From assembly GCA_964019335.1 (NCBI GenBank), contig OZ025648.1, positions 1,054,001 through 1,118,000 of the forward strand: 64,000 nucleotides of DNA. Reading direction: 5' to 3'. The notes below the pieces were generated by a model that worked only from the letters and a program-made list of their open reading frames with translations, did no database searches and was not told the origin of the DNA. A program made the position numbers and the translations under genes. Of the stretch, positions 23,801 through 36,215 are shown one piece after another; position 1 is the first letter of the stretch, and every line of letters begins with the position of its first letter. The DNA is from Diplonema japonicum (Eukaryota; Protista; Euglenozoa: Diplonemea).

Positions 23801-26800
23801 AGTGTTCATGGGTTGCTGGTGCATGTGTGAGAAAGGTAGTGAGCTATCTAAGCTTCACTGGTGGACGGCAGGGCATCGGGACTGTCTCGCTCGACCCTGA
23901 TTTCGGGTACGTGTACTTCTCGGTTGGGTCGATGAACAGGAACATTCCGTCGCTGTTGTACAAGCTGAACGCCATGACGATGGAGGTGGAGCTGAGCAGG
24001 ACGATGAGCTACGGGCATCTTGTGACGGAAGTGGAGGCCGTGGTGGGTAGCTACCTCGACAGGGCCAGGCGTGCGCTGTATGTTCTGACGCATCTGTCGC
24101 GTACCTCAGTCGCCGTTGTCAACGCATACGATGTGACAGGCATCACGCCTAACGTTGCCGATGCCCCCAGTGCCGGTACTAACATTACTGTGTACGGGCA
24201 AGGCTTCACAACGCTGCGGGGCACTTATGAGCCTATCTGCAAAATGGGTACCACTGTCTCCGATGGGTGGTTCGATACAGAAAATGGGAAGACGATCATT
24301 GTCTGCACTGCTGTTGTGCCAGAGTCGTACTCTGCGTGCAACTGGCTTGCATTGGAGGTCTCGATCAACAGGAACGACAATCGATGGACAGAGACAAGTG
24401 CGCTGATCAAAAGAACCAACACCGCCTTGATCCTCTCTCTGGGGACTAAGCTCGAGAACTGGTCCTTCCCGCACCTCGCGACCAACATACCAATGACTCC
24501 CAATGACCCGTTTATCAATCGCGAGGACCTCCTGAAAGCTGCAGAAGACCCAGTGGTCGTACCAGGCCCTATTACTGAGCCTCACACACAGCTGGACTCC
24601 ACTGATCTACGTATCGTGCAGCCCGTGGCAACAGGGCCGTACAACCAGAACGTCACAATCACCGTGAAGGGTGCTGGATTCTTCGAGTCACCTTTTATGA
24701 AGTGCAGGTTTGGGTCCAACATCATCACACCTGGTACCTTTCTCACTGCGATCAGGATGCTGTGCTTCCAGCCCGTGCTGGCTGAACCCCTTGCTGCGGT
24801 GCTGGAGGTCACCCTCGACGGCCAGATCTATTCGAACAGCGGTGTGCGGTACTTCGGTATCGACGACGCCGTTAAAATCGATGCCTTCTTCTGTTCGAAC
24901 GTCACTGGCACGAACCTCGACTGTCTGAACTCTGCCACCTCCACTGTGAAGTCGCAGGCTACAGTCGAGTTGCCCCCTTTGATCGTTTCATTCAGGGACT
25001 CTCTCGGGACATTTGTAGGAGCTGTGTGGACAAGGGAGCAAGTGGGCACAGTCACCATCACACCCCCCGAAGGCCTCGATTTCGGGACAAGCACACTTAC
25101 GGCGACGCCTATTGAGGGGAGGGCTATCTTCAGTGATCTGAGGGTCCTGCTGCCCAAGTCGGGGGTGTACAGCATTGAGGTTATCTACAAAGACAAGGCT
25201 GGGACCTTTGCCACCACAGTGGACCTTACGGTGGTTGGCGGGGAACCGAAGAAGGTCATCATGCACGTGTCGCCTTCGAGCTTCTCGAACAATCGTGGAA
25301 AGCTCACGACACAGCCGAAGATCAAGATCGTCGATGCAGCTGAAAACCCTGTGCTTGACAGCAACTACAATATTGTGGCGGCACTGGGTGGGGTTCCTGA
25401 AGAGCTGCAAGACACGGAAGGCAACAGCCTAATCGGGATCAAGGATAACATCGCGCGTCGTGGTGGGGGTGACAGCTATGATTTCACAGATCTGGAGATC
25501 CATTCACTGCCGGGGATATCCATCAGCGGGAGGGAGCTGCAGTTTGCACAAAGAAGCTACAACACATACGATCAGCTCGACTTCGTGCTCACGTTCACAG
25601 CGTACTTCAACAATGTGAGGGTCAACACTCTTAACCAGCTGTCGGCCACCATACACCTTGTTGACTGTTCTGCTGAGAACATTGGGAATTCCAAGCTTGC
25701 GTGGATCGAACCCGAAGAGCTCCCTACAGTGACGGGCACAACCCTTACCATCAAGGGGTGGGAATACCGGGACCTAGGGTCGTATGGGAGCTATAGGTGC
25801 CAGTTCCGCGATGCGAACAGTGGCACTTTTGTGACATCGTTGGAAGCCACCTTCTTGGACTCATGTTCCATAAGCTGCACGCCGCCCGCTTCCCTCCGTG
25901 ATGCGCCAGGAATGTACTTGGTGCAGCCTGCGTTGTGCTGCCGCAACAATTTGGGAGATCTGGACTGTCCTACCACTGCGGCGGTGGGCCAGAACTGTTT
26001 CGAAACAGGGCAGACGCTGACAGCCTTTAACGAGTCATCGTTGAAGATCGATACTTATTTCAAGTATGTGGGCCCTGGCACGCAGATAAAACTCTGGAAC
26101 CTTGTATCTGCTCTCCCGGCTCCTGCTTTCGAGTACCACCCGTACTCCGATGCGCTGGGGCTACAGACCACCGTGTCGCAGAAGCTTCAGGTGAATGCTT
26201 CGAAGTCTAACGGTGTGCGGAAGTCGCTGGCAGCGAACTACATTATGAACCAGTTCAACAGATCAGACTTCGTGTACCAGCTGAATATGTACTCGGAGAC
26301 CATCGCGAACAAGGAGACCGTTCTGCGTAGCAGCGCAGAAGTAACGATTGCGGGACAGGATTTCTGGACGTCGAACGACTGGCAACTCGACTCATCTGTG
26401 CAGCTCTTACAAACTGATCGCCCTGACACAAGCTTCATAGTGGGTGTGGCCGATTCATCTGTGGGATTGAACAACTGGCAGGGCAGCTGGGTCTCTGACC
26501 AAGACTACATGCGGAACGGCGTGCCTAGCGAGGCCTCTATCACGATGGAGATTATCCCAAAGCTCACCTACTCCGATGCCACTGGTGAGTCTCAGAGGCA
26601 CTACGCAAGCGTGAAGCAGTCTGAGCAGCGTTTCCACACCGTCTTCACCGTCGACGGCAGCCCCAAGTACAACAGTAAGTACACCCTCGCACTTAATCAC
26701 TCCCTCATTGAGTTTAAGAACGTCAAGCTGGAGTACCCCGCAAAGGGCACCTACACCGTGACCTTCAAGCATGCTGACCCTATCATCCCTATGCTCTCCA

Positions 26801-29800
26801 CCACCATCAAGATCCTCGAGGGGCTGCCCTATAGGGTGGCCTTTGACTCTGTGAACTTTGGTGGCATCAACGGGCTGCCAAGCTCGACGCTTACTAATGC
26901 ACGTGAGCTAACGACGCAGCCCAGATTCAGACTACTTGATGTGTCTGATAACACGCTGCAGGATCTGCCGAGTACCTTTGACATCTTCGTGCGTGTGCAT
27001 AGTGTGTTGCCGTGGCCGAGGTGCCTCCCAGAGGTAACGTGCCCAGCGGGGACAACCTGTCCTGATGCTGACCCGAATACGCCTGGCATGTGGGGTCAGA
27101 TAGATAGGAACAACGCTGGACTATGCACCTGGAACACGCCTCCCCTCACTAACAAAAGCAAAGAGGCGTCTGATGTGCGGCTGCTGTACGACCCGAGGTT
27201 CGATTCAACGGGAATTGCCGCCTATGGTGTCTCTGCCGTCAGTGCGTTAATGAATCTGTGGGCAAAGGAAGGTGAGAACTACAACATAACATTCGACTTC
27301 TATGGTCCAGGCCTAGACCTTTTCGACTACAAAGTACCAGCACTATCGGTACCGAAGCTGATCACAACCTCGTTTTGCGCTACGCCCTGTCCTTCAGGGC
27401 AGAGGATTTGCCAGTTTGATCCCCCTTCCTTTGCGCATTCGGCGCCGGCTGGGTCGATCGGAGCACCGCTCATCGTGTACGGGGACTACTTCGATTTCGC
27501 GAAAGGGGGCAACACGGATGACAAGCTGAGGATTGAGTTGGCGTACCTCGTGAACCAGACGGCCTTCACGTGTGAGGTAGCAGCGTCCCTGCGGGATCCC
27601 TGCAGCGTGACGACTATTATTCCAGCATGCCATTACCTTTGCTACAATGTGTATTCTCCGCTGCAATACACCGAGCTTGACCGTAAGGCTTGTTGTGCTA
27701 CAGGTTTCAAGAACGACAAGATCACGGCATGTGAACCGACAGCACCCCTGACTAGAAATGCCTATATCCTGCAGTCGGCCGCTGTATCCTGTACTTCATG
27801 TCTAGCTAGTGCCCTCAACCAACCTGCTACAACTGCAGTAAAAGTCGCGACCTCGTGCCAATCGGGCAGCCAGTGTTCTTCGTCTCTCAATGCTGTTACA
27901 GCAACAATAGGTCCACCCAAGATTGGGCCTCCCGTCCAGCTTGGTGTGAATGAATCCACTTTCAAGATGGGCAGCGTGGACAAAGACAGAGTATCACGGG
28001 AGAGGCTCGACCCCATAGAGATTAAGATCACTTCCAAGGACAGCACGGGGAATGACGTCGAGGCGACAGACACCGTTAGGCGAAGGGTGAGAATCTTCTT
28101 GCAAAAGCAGGTTGGCTCTGGGCTTACCGACTGGAAGGGACCTGACTGCTCGCTTGGCGATTGTTTGCCTCACGCCCATGAAAATCAAAAATTGTGCAGC
28201 AACGCCAGCATCGAGTGTGTGCACTTTGTGAATGCCGACGGCAGCGCAGCAAGTAGCAGTGATGCCGATATGGTGGACGGCACAGCTGTTGTGTATGTTG
28301 TACTGCAAGCTCCGAAAGAACGTACGTTCTTGGTGCAGATCAGAGATATCACTCCTGTAGGCAGCGGGTATGTTGCGCTGCCTTCGTGCGCAGGCCCTTA
28401 CATTCGGAATGGAGTTGACTTAGGACACGGCGCACCGGCTGTGACAAATGAAGGGACTTACAACTACCCCTTCGTCGACAGTGTCAAGTGCTCCGTCTCA
28501 AACTCAGGTGGGTACACCAGTGCCTGGAGTTTCAGGGTACACAAGGGTGCACCGTACCGTCTTGGCTGGGCCACGACGCCGCTAGGCCAGGTTAGGAACG
28601 AGGATAACAATATTGAGTACATTTTGCAGGTGCAAGACTTTGCTGGAAACGTGCTGAATAAAGAAGAAGTGCGAGAAACACCGATTTCTGACTTCATAAA
28701 GGTAGCCGTGAAGGTCACAAGGACGGTACCAGAGCTGCGCAACAACGTGACAGGTACTTTGTTGAGGCAGAGGCGTGACGAGCCGCTCACTGAGGAGAAC
28801 CTGCAGCGTCTCGAAGCCCTTGCGTGCACGTTCGACGTAACGAACGACATCGACAACAACAACGAGATCGAACTGGGTTCTGGGCAGAACCCCGCTCAGA
28901 TCAAGTTCAGCTTCCGCGGCCTTATGATTTGGCACGGGATGAGTTGTGTGCTGTCCTTCAAAGCGATCGAAGATACGACGAACTCCGTACAGAACAGCCT
29001 GGCCAGGAGGCTCAACGAACAAACAGTGCCAGGCGTATCGCAGGTTGTAGTACCCACAAAGTGCTGCGATCCTGGCGCTGATGGAAAATGCAACCAATTT
29101 GCTTACTCGTTCGAGTTTGGGTGCTGGAACCAAGAGCTCAAAAGGGTCATCGAAGGCAGCTCCAACAAGAAATCGACAAAAGGCAGCAGCCTGGCACTCG
29201 TAACAGAGGCAACCCCCTACAGCTGCCTGTACCACTGTGGGACATGCGAGACAGGGATGACTTGCGATGGGACCATCTCACTGGACAACCGCAAGGACTA
29301 CTGGAGGGAGCCTGTCACGTACAGTGCTTTTGAGTGTAAGCCTACGAACTGCATCATCAACGGTTCGGAGCCGGGCTTCAATCTTGATGTCTTAAGACTC
29401 ACCGATGAGCAGCGATCGGGAGTATGTTTTCTTTTTTCTAATTACATTCACGCAACACAATCACAGAGGCAATGTGCAGAAGGCAGGGAAGGACCCTACT
29501 GCGGGGTGTGCATTAGAACCAAATCGGACGCAGCGCAATATGGTTACGCTCGCAGTGAAGGAGGGTGTGCCAAGTGCCCATCACCTGCTGTGAACTACAC
29601 TCTACTAGCTCTCACTGGGCTAGCGCTACTCATCGTTGTGTTGGTGATGGTGCTTGTAAACCTGAACACGGGACCCACGGTGACAGAAACGCCAAAGATT
29701 TCAGTCATGATCAAGATGCTCATGAATCACGTGCAGGTATGATGACCGCTTTCCATGTTGCATCTTTCACAGGTGGCAGCGCTAGCTGGAGACTTTGCAG

Positions 29801-32003
29801 TGAAGTGGGGGTCTCTCCTTGATCAGATATTTGACTACCAGTCCAAGACAGGCCCCACGAATGTGGTGTCTCTGGCCTGTGCTGTGGAGTACGACTACTA
29901 CGCGAAGTTCATCGGGTGGATGCTTCTCCCCATCCTTGTTGTTGTGGTGCCCGGCATGGTGGTCGTGTGCATCGAACTGCGAAGGCGATTCTTCGTAGAC
30001 GAGGACGAAGAGAAGCCGATGAACCCGGAGGTTCCCCCAGAGTGCCAGTCGCCGTATCACTGGATGTACGACTGGTGTGTGGAGGACAGGGACAGGGAAG
30101 AGTTCAGGAACCACCTGGAGAAGCACTCCATGCAGACCGAGCAGCAGAAGAAAAGATGGAAGCTCAACGTTGAAACCCGCAGAGTGGCAAATCCAAAGAA
30201 GGTCCTTACCTCAGTAGAAGAGCTCGCGAGGACAGAGACAACGATCGAGGATGAGTACATCCCCATAAAGGTGCAGCGTGTCATCGTCGATGCCGGGCAT
30301 GAGAAGGACGCCTCGTCGTTCGACGTCTTCTGGGAAACGAACATCGCTCTCGGGACGCATGGGTGCTGGCTGTGCAAGAGGTGCTGTATCATGGAACAGC
30401 TTTTCCCGTCTCCTGGTGTGGGGAGGATCGGTGCTGAAGACCAGATCAAGGAACTGGTCAACAGGAAATGGTATCCTTGCGATTTAGAGGAGCACGAGAT
30501 CACAAAACGCAAGCTGCAGATGCTCTTCAAAGAGGAGTTGCTAGAGGCCACCTTGGCACGTTTCGAGCTCATCGAGAAGATAGACAAGCGGCTTGCGAAA
30601 GGACAGCACACGACAGTGGATGACGTTCAGAAGCTGACGGCAGCGTTGTTCAAAGGAGAGGACTCCGATGTCCACGAGGAGGGTGAAGACTCGGAATCAG
30701 AAGCAGAGACGACAGAGGACAAGCGTCACAGACAGAGAGTCGCCAGGGAACTCCTCGAGAGACGCAAGGCACTGGCAACATCAACCACACCTCCGTTCCC
30801 TGTGGAGCATCACAAGTCGTTCGACTTCCCAGACCTCGAAAACCAAGAGGCGGCGGGGACCTCGATCACCGTCATCAGCGATGGGAACATCGTCTACGGG
30901 CACCAGAAGAGCAACTGCCAAAAGGTCTCCCTGCGTAAGAAGAAGGAAGCCGCGATCATCTTCTTCCTGAAGGAACAAGGAGTATGCCTTTTTATATTTC
31001 ACCGCACGGGCATCAACAAGAAAATACAAAACCACAGACCTCCCTAGGCGCTAATGAAGCCGGCAGTGTGAAGCATGACCGCATGATAGCAGTCCGCCAG
31101 CAGACGCTCGGCAAGGACTCCTTCTGGAAGTACCAACGAACAGACATCATGACGGGCGAAGACCTCGAGTGGCACACTCACGAGGATCCTATCACACCGC
31201 CGAGATCGCCTAAGAGGGGAAGGTGTGGCTTTTTTAGAACAAACAATAAATTTCTTTTTTTTATAGTGTACTGCCTGGCTTCGTGCAGATTCCAATGCAG
31301 AAACCGGAGGAAGAGGAGACCCTTGCCGATCTTCCAGGTTTGATAAGGAGGAGAAAGGGAAACACATCATACAGATTGGTACCTCGAAGCGGAATATCCG
31401 AATCTGATAGACTTTAAGCTCCCGGACAAACAACTATTGCCCGTACCCTCCGATGCCACCGGGCAGTGCGTGGTCTATGATCTGCAGGAACTGGCGAGGT
31501 CCGTGGGGTACAGGGAGCTGTACGCCATGGCAAGACTGCGAAGGATGCGGGATAAGTTCGCCAAGTGGAGGGCAATGGGGTATGATTCCACCCCCCCTTT
31601 TTTTTTCCTCATTTTCTATTTTTTTTAGGATCTCCGAGTCAGACATAAAGACGAAGCTCACGAACCATTCGGACGCAGAGCCAATGGCAGACGGGGGCGG
31701 GGATGATAAAAGTTCACGAAAAATGTCAGTTTGGAGCGAAGTCCGCGGGAGTCTATGGAACGAGATGGACGAGCTCGACACAGAAACACGCAGCAAGAGG
31801 TTCGAAGTGCAGAAGAAGAAGAAAGAACGCCTCGTTGACAAGGACAAACACATGAACGTCTTGGAAACGTGCGGTCTTTGCCACAAAGACTTCGCTGTAT
31901 GGTACTGCCCGCACTGCGATGAGTTTTACTGCGAGCTGTGCGACGGCCTGATGCATCAGTTCGGGGAGGCATCAAAACACATGAGGCTCAAGGTATGGTT
32001 GTT

Positions 32004-32048
<45 letters not shown>

Positions 32049-33296
32049 TTACTTACCTAATATCCACCACACAGCCGCAACCCAAAACATCACCTTTAAC
32101 CGAAGCAGGATTTGAGATTAAAATGCACCTCACAGACATATACATGGTGGCTGTCATCGTGATTATTTTCCTGTGCTACCCATCGCTGATGAAGGAGATC
32201 GCGTTGATGTTAAACTGCACTGAAAGCACGTGCGTCTCGCTCGGGACGTGCCATCGTTTCCTTGAAGAGGACCCGGCTATCGACTGCAGCGAAAGCCCGT
32301 ACCCGACCTTCCAATTTCTCAGCTTGTTCTTCTTCATGATGTACGGCTTTGGGTTCCCGCTAATGGGGTACTTGGTCTTGAGGGCAAGGCGGTACGAATT
32401 GCGTACAAAACAGGTTATGAGCACACTGGGGTTCTTATACTCAGGGTACCGCGAGTCGAAGTACTACTGGGAGATGGTCATTATGTTGCGGAAGATGTTG
32501 ATCGTGTTCATTGTGGTGTTCCTTGCAAGGTACGACAAATATCAGTTGTACTCCGCAATGTGGCTCATCACATTCTTCGTGTTTTTGAACATATTCTTGA
32601 AGCCTTTCAAGTACGCGGTTCTGTGGAGGCTTGAGAACTTGTCGCTCATCTCCATCATGATCACCTTGAACATCGGTTTGCTGTTCTTTGAAGAGCTGTC
32701 CAGTGCGGTGGAGCTCATCGTGATTGTGGGGGCGTTTAGCTTGAACGTGATCGTTTTGTTGGTGTTCTTGATTCACATTCTGAAGGAGCTGCGCACGGAG
32801 GTCTACGAAAGGGTTGACACTGATGGCGATGGTGATTTAACATATCAGGAATTCCAAGATTATTTGTCAATGAAATGGGATGAATCGAAGCCTGACGTTT
32901 TCGTATGCGGGAAAAAAAAAAAAGAAAAAAAAGAAAAAAATCCAGAAAACCCGAGACGAACGCCTCGAAGACGACAAAACAGCGATTCGGAAAAGAAAGT
33001 GGGAGAAGATCGACAAGAAGCAAAGAGAATGCAGGGGGAAACCGAGTAACGGGGTGTACAACACCACGGCGGAGTTCGGGTACTGGATGGAGCACTACAA
33101 AGACAAAGATAAGCGGCGCAACAGGTTTGAGTGGTTTGATGGCTTCAAGGAAAAGCCCAATACGGCTAGGAAGATTAAGGAGAAATGTTTGACAGAACAA
33201 GAAATGCCTGCTTTGTGGCAGCATACTCTTGGGGAACTTGTTGGGGGAAACGGCGACCCACGGGCTGAAGAAGGCGACATTGAGGTACAACGGGGG

Positions 33297-33334
<38 letters not shown>

Positions 33335-33375
33335 TGAATACTGCAGATGGTAGTGCAGATGAGAAGGGTCTGTGA
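8896..33375 (+). CDS. Giant (~8,010 aa) secreted-ectodomain, 9-TM TRP/FLC-like receptor; 10 exons
   Basis: Signal peptide MLLFLLTCLVICVSWDA. Exons inferred from GT-AG introns that keep the frame open: 8896-29421, 29467-29736, 29773-30981, 31038-31222, 31267-31337, 31375-31579, 31629-31992, 32075-32902, 32946-33284, 33334-33375. The last acceptor is ambiguous (AG at 33346 would end the gene at 33388). Ectodomain has PAN/apple, WSC, EGF/laminin-EGF and IPT motifs. CxxGxxGPxCxxC stalk, membrane block LGFLYSGYR..YYWEMVIMLRK, B-box and EF-hand. Confidence 0.85.
10603..10746 (+). repeat. Coding 24-bp tandem repeat, six GPG(S/G)GPA(A/T) units
   Basis: 6 x 24 bp within the giant ORF, with varied synonymous codons. 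Confidence 0.9.
29422..29466 (+). other. In-frame 45-nt spliceosomal intron hidden inside the 6948-aa ORF
   Basis: GTATGT donor, T-tract, CTAAT branch-like motif, CACAG acceptor. Length is a multiple of 3 with no stop; translates as the out-of-context peptide VCFLFSNYIHATQSQ. Confidence 0.7.
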
Positions 33376-34145
33376 AAAAGAAAAGTAAATATTTTTTTTT
33401 TTTATTTCTTCATTTTTTTTTTTTATCTTTTTACTCCCCTCTTCCCCTTCATTAAACGGTATTTAATGACAACACCACCTCCCCCCTTTTTTTTTCTTCT
33501 TGCTTTCTTGGAAAAAAAAAAAGAATTAATGTAGATGCTGCTAACTCTTCTATTTTTTTTGTGTGGTTTTTTATAATCCGCAAGAAAAAAATCCTCGTCT
33601 CAATCAAAACTCTGTTTGTGGGAAGGGGGAAAAAAAAAAGAATGGGAAGAAAACCAAGGATGAAAATGGGGAAAGATACAATTAAGAAGAAGCAAATAAG
33701 TTACAATAACCACCTAAGGTGTGCTATCACTTAAGTCCCCCCCCCCCCCCCCCCCCTTCCTCCCCGTTGCCACCTTTTCTTTTTCTTTTTTTTTTTGCTT
33801 CATCCCACCCTCCCCAAGACGCTTACGTGAAAGGGGGAAGAACAAAGAAAAAAATAAAAAAGAGGAAGTTATCTCTATCTCTCTCTTTTTTTCCCCCACA
33901 AAACAGAAAGAATATCACAAACCCTCCGTTTTTCTTTTCTTCTTTGTCTTCTACCCCCCCCTCAAAAAATCTACCTTTTTTTGATCCAGTATTCCAACAC
34001 CACATAAGTTTTTTTATAAAAACCCGGGGGAAAAAAATAAGAAAAAAGAAGAAAAAAAAAAAACCTGTGTTTTTTTTTTTTTTTTCATACTTTCCTAAGG
34101 GAAAAAAAAAAAGAAAAAAAAAAGGGGGCGGGTGGGGGGGGGGGA

Positions 34146-34888
34146 ATGTCAAAATGGCTCATAGGTGTCGCAGTGTCCGTAACGGGGACCTTCTCTTCGG
34201 GTTTGGGGGACAATTTGGTAAGAAAAAGTTACGCCGAGGCAGAAGAACTGGAGGGTGAAGACGTCCCGCCGCCGTACAAGCGCCCCTTATGGGTGGTCGG
34301 GTGGTTCTTGACGATAGTAATGGACACTGGCTGCAACGCTCTGGCGATAGCATTGGCACCGTTGTCACTTATAATACCCCTGGGTGCCTTGCATATATTA
34401 TGGGGAGCGTGGTTTGCAAGAGTGATCAACAAAGAACCTTTAGGAAAGCTAGGAATAGTTGGGGCGGTGGTGATTGTCGTTGGCGTAGCCTTGGTGCTAG
34501 TCAGCGCACCTCACGACTCGAAATCACGAAATTTCGACGAAACGCTTGACATAATATCAGGGCCCGGGTTTATAATAGGACAGGGTGTCACCATTGCGTT
34601 GGTCTCAATATGCCTATGGTTCACATGGTGTTCAAACAATGTAATAATTCAACATTTCACGGCCCCGGCAGTTTCCGGACTGCTCGGGTCGAGCAGCAAT
34701 CTAACCTTGAAAATCTCCGAATCCCTTGCTAGCGGTGGCACGGCGAAATGGGAATTCTGGATGGTGGTTTTTTGCACGATATGCCTTGCCGTGGCGCAAT
34801 TGACTTCGCTGAACCATGCACTGGCAACGGGGGAGGCCTTTATGGTGGTACCGACCGCGAACTCCGTTTTGCTGATAGGTGGTATGCG

Positions 34889-34934
<46 letters not shown>

Positions 34935-35220
34935 CGAATACATGACAGGCACGATAAACGGTTTGGTGTGCTTTGACTCTGACGATCTGTCGTCGACTCA
35001 GCTGGGTCTCCTCGTTTTGGGTATTTTTGTTGTGGTGGTCGGTATTTCTATCCTTGCTGGGAAGAAAACGCTGCTGCACAAGCTCATGAATTACGACTCC
35101 TGCTCGTCATCTTGTTCTGGTTCTTCCGACGACGAAGCAGGCCTCCTCGGGGCACCCTCGTCACAGGTCAACTACCGGACCAGCACCTCTACTGATGCGC
35201 TTCACGCTGCAACTCCCTAA
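34146..35220 (+). CDS. NIPA-like Mg2+ transporter / DMT superfamily; 2 exons (intron 34882-34948)
   Basis: KRPLWVVGW, ALALAPLSLIIPLGAL-type motif (AIALAPLSLIIPLGAL), INKEPL, QLTSLNHAL and VVP motifs of NIPA proteins. A phase-1 GTATGC...GACAG intron joins ORF 34146 to ORF 34879. Confidence 0.85.
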
Positions 35221-36041
35221 ATAAAATATTTACTGTAAAGCGAAAAATTCCCAGCACCGATTTTTTTTTCCGGCTTTTACAGTATTTTTTTTTCTTTTTT
35301 CTTACGAGTTTCTTTTAGGGGGGGGGGGTCATTTTTTTTCTTGAGGGAGGTCGTTTCCCTAACTACTTTGTGGCCTTTCTCAGTGATTTTTTTTCTTTTT
35401 TGTGGGTTTTCTTGGGGGGAGGGGGTAACGTTGTTATTTAAATGAAGCACTATGTAAACTCTGCTGCATGATGTTCTAGATGGCTCTCCCCATCCACCCT
35501 ACCCCACCCCCAGATGCTCAGGGAAGGCGAACGTGCTGTTGCATTGTTCCCGCCCGGTTCCTCCGTAGCGAAAAAAAAAGAAGAAAAAAAGAATGGCTGA
35601 ACTTGGTTTCTTCCCCCCCTCCCCAGCTCTTCGGTGCTGTAATGCACGAGGCTAGCTTATGTCACCCCCCCCCTATTCACTGCTTTGGGAAACAGAGGGG
35701 ACGAAAACGAGGGGGGAAAGAAATAATGGGAAAGATATAAAAAAGGGGGAAAAAAAAAGGGAAATTTTCTTTTTTTTTAAATTTTCTTTTCTATTTTTTT
35801 TTTTCCCCTCTATTCTGGATCCCCCCCCCCTCACCCCTACCGCACCCTGTTTCATCATAGTGAATTTTTTTTTCTTTCCCCCCCCCATTTTTTTTTGAGC
35901 TTCGATTTATCTGATTTCTTGGTTTTTGTTTCTCTCTTTTAAAGAAAAAAAAAAGGGGGAACTGCGTTTGTTTTGGATATCAACTCCTAACATGGTACAG
36001 GCCTCTGCACTTACAAAACAAACGCTTCTTCGAGAATATCC

Positions 36042-36083
<42 letters not shown>

Positions 36084-36182
36084 CTTTTTTCTTAACTCCA
36101 CGACAAGCGAAGAGTGATTTGGAGGACGAGAGGCACCCGTGGAGACGGTGCAACCCCAACAGCCTGAGTGCGATGAAAGTGG

Positions 36183-36214
<32 letters not shown>

Positions 36215-36215
<1 letters not shown>

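Noticed and set aside
9061-29235. Numerous minus-strand and alternative-frame ORFs overlapping large genes
   Set aside because: Shadow ORFs of GC-balanced coding DNA with no recognisable motifs.
8896-29742. Treating the 6948-aa ORF as a complete gene, or invoking stop-codon readthrough at 29740
   Set aside because: The stops lie inside a 36-nt GT-AG intron (29737-29772) whose removal restores the conserved NHVQV membrane motif in frame.
33714-34152. Poly-Lys/Phe/Pro/Gly ORFs here and in other spacers (e.g. 1160-1686, 47303-47892, 48988-50196, 57511-57925)
   Set aside because: These are translations of A/T/C/G homopolymer tracts, not credible proteins. The N-terminal extensions of ORFs 36616, 43587, 50133 and 54471 were trimmed for the same reason.
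35992-36180. Possible small spliced gene (MVQASALTK... / DLEDERHPWRRCNPN)
   Set aside because: I could not find a consistent GT-AG structure or motif, and the 3' part runs into a mobile-element remnant.
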